Positions 53,890 to 61,886 of a stretch of DNA of 61,886 nucleotides are shown here, one piece after another; positions within the stretch are counted from its first letter, which is position 1, and the number at the start of each line of letters is the position of its first letter. This DNA is from Anaerolineae bacterium (GTDB lineage: Bacteria > Chloroflexota > Anaerolineae > B4-G1 > SLSP01): assembly GCA_034435555.1 (NCBI GenBank), contig DAOTXC010000178.1, positions 1 to 61,886 on the forward strand. The letters are read 5' to 3'. The notes beneath the pieces were generated by a model. That model worked only from the letters and a program-made list of their open reading frames with translations. It was not told the DNA's origin and ran no database searches. Made by a program: the position numbers and the translations under genes.

Positions 53890-56067
53890 ATGTTAGAAGA
53901 ACGTACCTACACCGTCCAATTGGGCGAACAAACCCTTACCCTATCCACGGGTAAGTTGGCCGGCCAGGCTGGTGGGGCCGTCGTCGCGCGTAGCGGCGAA
54001 ACGGTCCTGCTGGCAACAGCCACAATGTCGCGCTCACCGCGCACCGGCATTGATTTTTTCCCGCTCAGCGTTGATTTCGAAGCGCGGCTCTACGCCGCCG
54101 GGCGTATCCCCGGCTCCTTCTTCCGGCGCGAGGGACGCCCCTCGGAGAAGGCGATCCTCACCTGTCGGTTGATTGACCGCCCGCTGCGCCCGCTCTTCCC
54201 CAAAGATATGCGCAACGAGGTGCAGATCATCCTCACCGCCCTTTCACAGGACGAGGAACAACACGCCGACACGCTGGGCATCACCGCGGCCTCCGCCGCG
54301 CTGATGATCTCCGATATTCCCTTCTACGGCCCGATTGCGGGCGTGCGTATCGGCTGTGTCGAGGGAGAGCTCATCGTCAACCCGACGATCCCCCAGATGG
54401 AGGCGAGCACGCTCGACCTGCGGGTGGCCGGCTCCGCCGACGCCATCATCATGGTCGAGGCCGGCGCCGATGAGGTCTCCGAGGACTTGTTGCTCGACGC
54501 GCTGCAGCTGGCCCACGAGGCCATCCAGCCGTTGATCCAGGTGCAGCTGCAAATGCAAGAAGAGGTCGGCAAGCCCAAGCGCGAGTATCCTGCGTTTCAG
54601 ACCCCCGAAGCGCTCGTTAGCCGGGTCGAGGAACTGGTCGTCGAACGCCTGCGCACGCTGCTCCAGAACACGCTCTTCAAAGCGGAGCGCGTGGATGCCC
54701 TCCACGAGCTCGAGGAAGAGGTCCAGGAGACCCTGGCCGAGGAGGCCGAGGCCAATGAGTGGACCACCAAGATGATCGGCGAGGCCTTCCACGATGTCTT
54801 CAAGAAGCTGGTGCGCCAGCGCATCCTGGATGAGGGCGTGCGCCCCGATGGGCGCGACACACGCACCATCCGCCAGCTCTCAGCCGAGGTGGGGCTGATG
54901 CCCCGCCCGCACGGCTCGGGGCTTTTCAATCGTGGTGAGACCCAGGTGCTCAGCCTGGCGACGCTGGGGATGCCCGGCGAGGAGCAGGAGCTGGATGACC
55001 TCTTCCCAGAGGAAACCAAGCGCTACATCCATCACTACAACTTCCCGCCCTACTCCACCGGCGAGACCTGGTTCCTGCGCGGCCCCAAACGCCGCGAGAT
55101 CGGCCACGGCGCGCTCGCCGAGCAGGCGCTGCTCTCCGTGTTGCCGCCCAAAGAGGAGTTCCCCTACACCATCCGCGTGGTGAGTGAGGTGATGTCCTCC
55201 AACGGGAGCACTTCGATGGCCTCCACCTGTGCCAGCACGCTGGCGCTGATGGACGCCGGGGTGCCGATCAAGGCCCCTGTCGGCGGGATTGCAATGGGCC
55301 TGATCAGTGATGGGGCCACCTACCGTGTCCTCACCGACATCCAGGGCATGGAAGATCACCTGGGCGATATGGACTTCAAAGTCACCGGAACCCGGGAGGG
55401 CGTGACCGCGCTTCAGATGGACATCAAGATCAAGGGTGTGACCCGCGAGATCCTGCGCGAGGCGCTGGATCAGGCCCGCGAGGCGCGCTTGCAGATCATT
55501 GATGTAATAGAAGAGACCCTGCCCGAACCACGGGCGGAGCTCTCCGAGTACGCGCCCAAGATGCTCACCACGCAGATTGACGTGGAGAAAATCGGCGCCT
55601 TGATCGGGCCGGGCGGCAAGAACATCCGCGCCTTGCAAGAAAAGTACGACGTCAAGATTGATATCGAAGAGGATGGCACGGTCTTCATCGCCTCGACCGG
55701 CGGCGACGGCGCGCAACAGGCGCTCGCCCACATTGACGCGATGATGGAAACGCCCGAAGAGGGCAAGGTCTACAACGGCAAAGTGGTGCGCATCACCGAT
55801 TTCGGTGCGTTCGTGGAGATTCTCCCCGGCACCGACGGGATGGTTCACATCTCACAGCTTTCCGAAGGCCGCGTCAACTCCGTCTCCGATGTGGTGCAGG
55901 TAGGCGACGAGGTGCTGGTCATGGTGACAGGCGTCAGCTCCGATGGCAAGATCCGCCTCTCGCGCCGCGCGGTGCTTGAGGGGTGGTCATTAGAAGAGGC
56001 TCAAGAGAACGACCGGCCCAACCGCAGCAGCGGTGATCGCCGCTCACGTCCCCCACGGCGTCGCTAG
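53890..56067 (+). CDS. pnp: Polyribonucleotide nucleotidyltransferase
   Basis: FFPLSVDF, RREGRPSE, RPDGR, SNGSTSMA, DHLGDMDFK, KH and S1 domains; RBS AGGAGG. Confidence 0.98.
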   Translation: MLEERTYTVQLGEQTLTLSTGKLAGQAGGAVVARSGETVLLATATMSRSPRTGIDFFPLSVDFEARLYAAGRIPGSFFRREGRPSEKAILTCRLIDRPLRPLFPKDMRNEVQIILTALSQDEEQHADTLGITAASAALMISDIPFYGPIAGVRIGCVEGELIVNPTIPQMEASTLDLRVAGSADAIIMVEAGADEVSEDLLLDALQLAHEAIQPLIQVQLQMQEEVGKPKREYPAFQTPEALVSRVEELVVERLRTLLQNTLFKAERVDALHELEEEVQETLAEEAEANEWTTKMIGEAFHDVFKKLVRQRILDEGVRPDGRDTRTIRQLSAEVGLMPRPHGSGLFNRGETQVLSLATLGMPGEEQELDDLFPEETKRYIHHYNFPPYSTGETWFLRGPKRREIGHGALAEQALLSVLPPKEEFPYTIRVVSEVMSSNGSTSMASTCASTLALMDAGVPIKAPVGGIAMGLISDGATYRVLTDIQGMEDHLGDMDFKVTGTREGVTALQMDIKIKGVTREILREALDQAREARLQIIDVIEETLPEPRAELSEYAPKMLTTQIDVEKIGALIGPGGKNIRALQEKYDVKIDIEEDGTVFIASTGGDGAQQALAHIDAMMETPEEGKVYNGKVVRITDFGAFVEILPGTDGMVHISQLSEGRVNSVSDVVQVGDEVLVMVTGVSSDGKIRLSRRAVLEGWSLEEAQENDRPNRSSGDRRSRPPRRR

Positions 56068-56106
56068 TGGGAAGCTATATCTTGATCACGTAAAGGAGAT
56101 CAAACA

Positions 56107-56280
56107 ATGAACGAGGCAAAAATCCAAATGTTGGCCGAAACCGAACAGTACGCGGTGTGGACCTCTCTTGAGGAAAATGACGAGGTGCTCTACCATCTGG
56201 AGCTGGGCAATGTCACCGTCCACCTCTTCCCCGACGAATGGGAGGAGTTCTTCGATCTCATCACCCAGGCGACACGCTAA
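56107..56280 (+). CDS. Small acidic hypothetical protein (57 aa), below the ORF-track cutoff
   Basis: RBS AAGGAG; MNEAKIQMLAETEQYAVWTSLEENDEVLYHLELGNVTVHLFPDEWEEFFDLITQATR; GC3-biased codons. Confidence 0.72.
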   Translation: MNEAKIQMLAETEQYAVWTSLEENDEVLYHLELGNVTVHLFPDEWEEFFDLITQATR

Positions 56281-56474
56281 CACTACGCATACGATCACAC
56301 CACCAGCGCGGGGCTTCGGCTCCGCGCTGTGTTGTTGGATGGCAGTCGGTTCGGGGCGGCTTTTATGCTATAATTAGAGAAAGAGATAAAATTGGTAACT
56401 TGCCGTCAGGCGTATATAATACGCACAAAGACAATCCAAACCGATAGTGTAGGAAATCTCAAGGATGAAGAGCC

Positions 56475-58967
<2,493 letters not shown>

Positions 58968-58976
58968 AGCACGCGC

Positions 58977-59879
58977 TCACTCCTCGGCGCGCGGATGGGC
59001 GCGCCCGTAGACCTCGCGCGCGCGCCGCTGCGTCACGTGCGCGTAAATCTGCGTCGTGGCGAGGTTAGCGTGCCCCAGCAGTTCCTGCAAGACCCGCAAA
59101 TCCGCCCCGCCATCGAGCATGTGCGTGGCAAAGGTGTGTCGCAACAGATGCGGCGTCACCGTCTGCTCGATGCCGGCGGCCTGCCCTGCCTGCCGCACCA
59201 CCTCGCTGACCGAGCGCACCGACAAACGGCGTCCAAACCGGTTGAGAAAGAGCGCCGGCGACGGGCGCTTCCCCACCAACTCCGGGCGACCAGCAGCGAG
59301 ATAGTTTCGCAGAGCGTTGACCGCCGGGCGGCCCAGCAACGCCACCCGCTCCTTGTCACCCTTGCCGATCACGCGCAGCTCCCCGCTCGCCGTGTCCATA
59401 TCGCGGAGGTCCAGACCGGCAAGCTCGCTCACCCGCACACCGGAGGCATACAACGTCTCCAGAATGGCCTGATTGCGCAGGCCCAACGGCGTCGTGCGAT
59501 CCATCACGGAGAGCAACCGGGCGACCTCTTCGTGGGAGAGATAACGTGGCAATCGCTGCGACAGACGCGGGGCGTGAATCCGCCGGAAGAGATTCTGCGT
59601 CCAGACCCGCTGGCGCACGAGAAAGTCGCCAAAGGCGCGCAACTCGAAGACCCGGCGGGCAATGCTGGCCCGCGCGTACTCGACCTCGTGTAGCTCCGCC
59701 AGATAATCGCGCACCAGGTCGCGCTGCAGGCCCTCCAGGGTGGTGACATCGTACTCCGCGCAATAGTCAATGAACTGGCGAATATCGGTACCGTAGTTTT
59801 TGATCGTGTAGGGGGAGGCGTTATCAAGTTCCAACGCCTGTAGATACCGGGCGAGCCAATGCTCAAGCGAGGCCATCAT
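58977..59879 (-). CDS. XerC/XerD-type tyrosine recombinase
   Basis: YASGVRVSE, GKGDKER, HLLRHTFATH, LLGHANLATTQIY; about 300 aa. Confidence 0.92.
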   Translation of the reverse strand: MMASLEHWLARYLQALELDNASPYTIKNYGTDIRQFIDYCAEYDVTTLEGLQRDLVRDYLAELHEVEYARASIARRVFELRAFGDFLVRQRVWTQNLFRRIHAPRLSQRLPRYLSHEEVARLLSVMDRTTPLGLRNQAILETLYASGVRVSELAGLDLRDMDTASGELRVIGKGDKERVALLGRPAVNALRNYLAAGRPELVGKRPSPALFLNRFGRRLSVRSVSEVVRQAGQAAGIEQTVTPHLLRHTFATHMLDGGADLRVLQELLGHANLATTQIYAHVTQRRAREVYGRAHPRAEE

Positions 59880-59977
59880 CACCCCCACGAGATAACACAA
59901 GGCCAGAAGCGGGGTACATTCCAGCTTCTGGCAGCGGATCGAACAAGACGGCTGGGGTAACCTCTTGTATCGGGGAT

Positions 59978-60826
59978 TCAGTCACCGCCATCGCGCTCAG
60001 CCCGGAGCTGATCGTAGACGTGCAGGATATTGGCAACATGCAGCCGATGGCTGGCAATGCCGAGCGGGACGCGCTCCAGGCCGCAGGTCTCCAACGGGAT
60101 TTGCCAGATATCGTCGCGGGGCTGCCCCTTGTCGAGGATCATCTGCGCCTGCTCGCGCACACACTCCAGGTAGTGGATGTAGCGATCCATCACGTGCCGC
60201 ACCTCGCCACGCAGAATCACCTCACCATGCCCTTGCACCACCGTCTCAGGGGAGAGCGCCTTGATGCGTTGCAGCGCGACGATAGACTGCGCCCAATCGC
60301 CATCAGCGATGATGGGGATCGCCATCACCGCATCCCCGGTAAACAGGATGGACTCTTCTTGGTACAAGACACCGATATTGTCCACCGTATGGCCTGGCAG
60401 ATGGAACAGCTGGAAGGTTTTCTTACCGGCTGAGAGGTAGAGTGCGCCTGTCTCAAAGGTGATCGTGGGCATGCGCAAAAAGACCTCGTCGAAGGCCGGG
60501 TCGTTGCGTTGTGCCTCTTGCAAAGAAAGCTCCCCCACCTCCTGCAGCCGCCGCAGACAGAGCGCGTGGCCCAAAACATCGAGCGTGTCGGGGAAGGCAA
60601 ACAGACCGTAGACATGATCCATGTGGTAATGCGTGAGAATGATTGAGTGGAACTTGCCGCCCGCGCGCGCGCGCATAAAGGCGGCAATTTGCTTAGCCTC
60701 ATCAGGAAAGGGCAGCGAATCAATGACTACCACGCCTTCCGAGGTCAAGATAGCAGCCGAATTTACCAGCGCATACCGCTCGCTGGTAAATAAGAAGATC
60801 TCTTCAGTTACTCTTTCCCAATACAT
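59978..60826 (-). CDS. MBL-fold metallo-hydrolase
   Basis: THYHMDH, PGHT, FTGD, VQGHG. Confidence 0.88.
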   Translation of the reverse strand: MYWERVTEEIFLFTSERYALVNSAAILTSEGVVVIDSLPFPDEAKQIAAFMRARAGGKFHSIILTHYHMDHVYGLFAFPDTLDVLGHALCLRRLQEVGELSLQEAQRNDPAFDEVFLRMPTITFETGALYLSAGKKTFQLFHLPGHTVDNIGVLYQEESILFTGDAVMAIPIIADGDWAQSIVALQRIKALSPETVVQGHGEVILRGEVRHVMDRYIHYLECVREQAQMILDKGQPRDDIWQIPLETCGLERVPLGIASHRLHVANILHVYDQLRAERDGGD

Positions 60827-60952
60827 GACCTCTCCTAATTATCCAGGCGTCATCGTTTGGATAACTTTGGTGCGAATTTGATGCTTAGAGAATAACATAC
60901 CCCAGGCAGAAAGTCAAGGTTACTTTACATAACAAAGAAAATAGGTACAAGA

Positions 60953-60981
60953 AAAACCGCCCTTCTAAGAAGGGCGGTTTT
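60953..60981 (-). terminator. Terminator of the 6S-like RNA
   Basis: AAAACCGCCCTTC / GAAGGGCGGTTTT. Confidence 0.8.
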
Positions 60982-60992
60982 ATCATTCCGGC

Positions 60993-61161
60993 CCGCCGTG
61001 TCGTGTGCCGACGGTTTTGACCCTGCTAACGCAGGTGGGGACTTGCCAAGCGGTTCCGCTTTGCTCAAAAGCTACTGCATCCCCGCTTTATGGACGAGAG
61101 TCCCCTTTTGTCAAGGTGTTGGCTCAAAACCCCATCCCGGCATCACGTGCACGGCAGGTGC
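60993..61161 (-). ncRNA. ssrS: Probable 6S RNA
   Basis: About 170-nt rod. Closing helices pair 60995-61020 with 61124-61155; central bubble with a CCTGC/GCAGG hairpin; inner GGGGACT/AGTCCCC helix; own promoter (TTGCTA..TG-G-TATCAT) and terminator. Confidence 0.72.
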
Positions 61162-61222
61162 AGGGATATGATACCACACTTCGACAGGTTAGCAAATGCG
61201 GGTTTTTAAGCGCGATTTTTTA

Positions 61223-61251
61223 TTGACAGCACATTGCAGATCAGATATACT
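61223..61251 (+). promoter_or_regulatory. Sigma70-type promoter divergent from the 6S-like RNA
   Basis: TTGACA-N17-TATACT. Confidence 0.7.
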
Positions 61252-61864
61252 GAAAACAGAACATCGCCCACCTTTGTTCAAGAGAGAGTTGGATTCGGAA
61301 CAGATTTCTCTCATTCGCCTCTCAACAAATAAAGTGTTGTTCATCATTCGTAACTACTCACCCTGGCTCCGAGGGGATCGTCAGATCCCCACCAAGTCAG
61401 AAGAATTATCCGGGACTGCATTTTATAGTAGCCTAGACTTTGCTTATGCATCCACGCCGGATCTGGCGATCCGGCTAGAGCCTGAGTAGATACCATCATT
61501 CTCTCTTAGCGTCGGATACCAGGATTGCTTCAATACCGGTATTGGCACTTTCCACTTCCATCCAATATCACTGTGCTGTCAAAATTGGACGTGGCGAGTG
61601 TACGCTCACCAGACCGCCATCAAGTCAGCCTGTTCCGACATGAGCTCTTGTATTCTGCTACCGCTGACAAAATTCGGTCTCGGTATGGGCCTGCTGTTCT
61701 TTCCTCTTCACCTACGCCGGATGCTTTTCTAAACAAGATATATTTCAACGGACGATGTGCATTCACTTTCAATACAGCAATTCCCGGAGGTTGTTTTATA
61801 ATCACCCTCACCGGCCAGTTATAGGCTGGTAGTCAGCCAGCAATAACATGAGGAGGAGTCAGCC

Positions 61865-61886
61865 ATGCCCAAACCCACAGCGCTTT
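61865..61886 (+). CDS. Start of a gene truncated by the window edge (MPKPTAL...)
   Basis: Strong RBS AGGAGGAG followed by ATG. Confidence 0.6.

Noticed and set aside
56086-56298. 70-aa minus-strand ORF
   Set aside because: It overlaps the SD-led 57-aa plus-strand ORF, which has better codon usage.
58977-59879. Tyrosine recombinase as a marker of a mobile element
   Set aside because: Size and motifs match housekeeping XerC/D, the flanks are core genes, and I saw no att repeats or cargo.
61454-61724. Resemblance of ACGCCGGAT motifs to enterobacterial REP sequences
   Set aside because: Only a 9-nt match, without the REP consensus arms; likely chance.
61196-61824. ORFs 61196-61489, 61525-61824 and 61620-61811
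   Set aside because: No SDs, non-host codon usage and no recognisable motifs; the first overlaps the promoter.

Overview
High-GC bacterial chromosome segment, most likely Chloroflexota of the Anaerolineae type. This is inferred from a secreted protein carrying the YFPETGH repeat, a T-box, and many acidic lipoproteins. Content is mostly housekeeping: tig-clpP, parB, tRNA-Glu, uvrC, thrS with T-box, trmD, hflX-rlmE, sbcC, mscL, rpsO-pnp, clpC, xerC/D and a probable 6S RNA. Accessory modules are an MntA/HepT toxin-antitoxin pair, a seven-gene Crp/Fnr-controlled hybrid-cluster-protein (hcp) nitrosative-stress locus, a two-component pair, a peptide ABC transporter, an ECF sigma factor and a Zn-finger pRiA4b-ORF3-like gene. 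I saw no CRISPR array, prophage or transposase. The least-explained signals are four. (1) A heptamer/octamer repeat element occurs three times, always in the same orientation just upstream of a ribosome-binding site. (2) The hcp operon carries a Cys-less, GG-less ubiquitin-fold protein, DoxX, DUF438 and a cupin, behind a CRP box at about -41.5. (3) Two other palindromic short-period repeat elements are present. (4) A ~600-nt ORF-poor, hairpin-rich stretch follows a consensus promoter at the right end. All calls come from reading the sequence and recalling motifs; no searches or folding were run.
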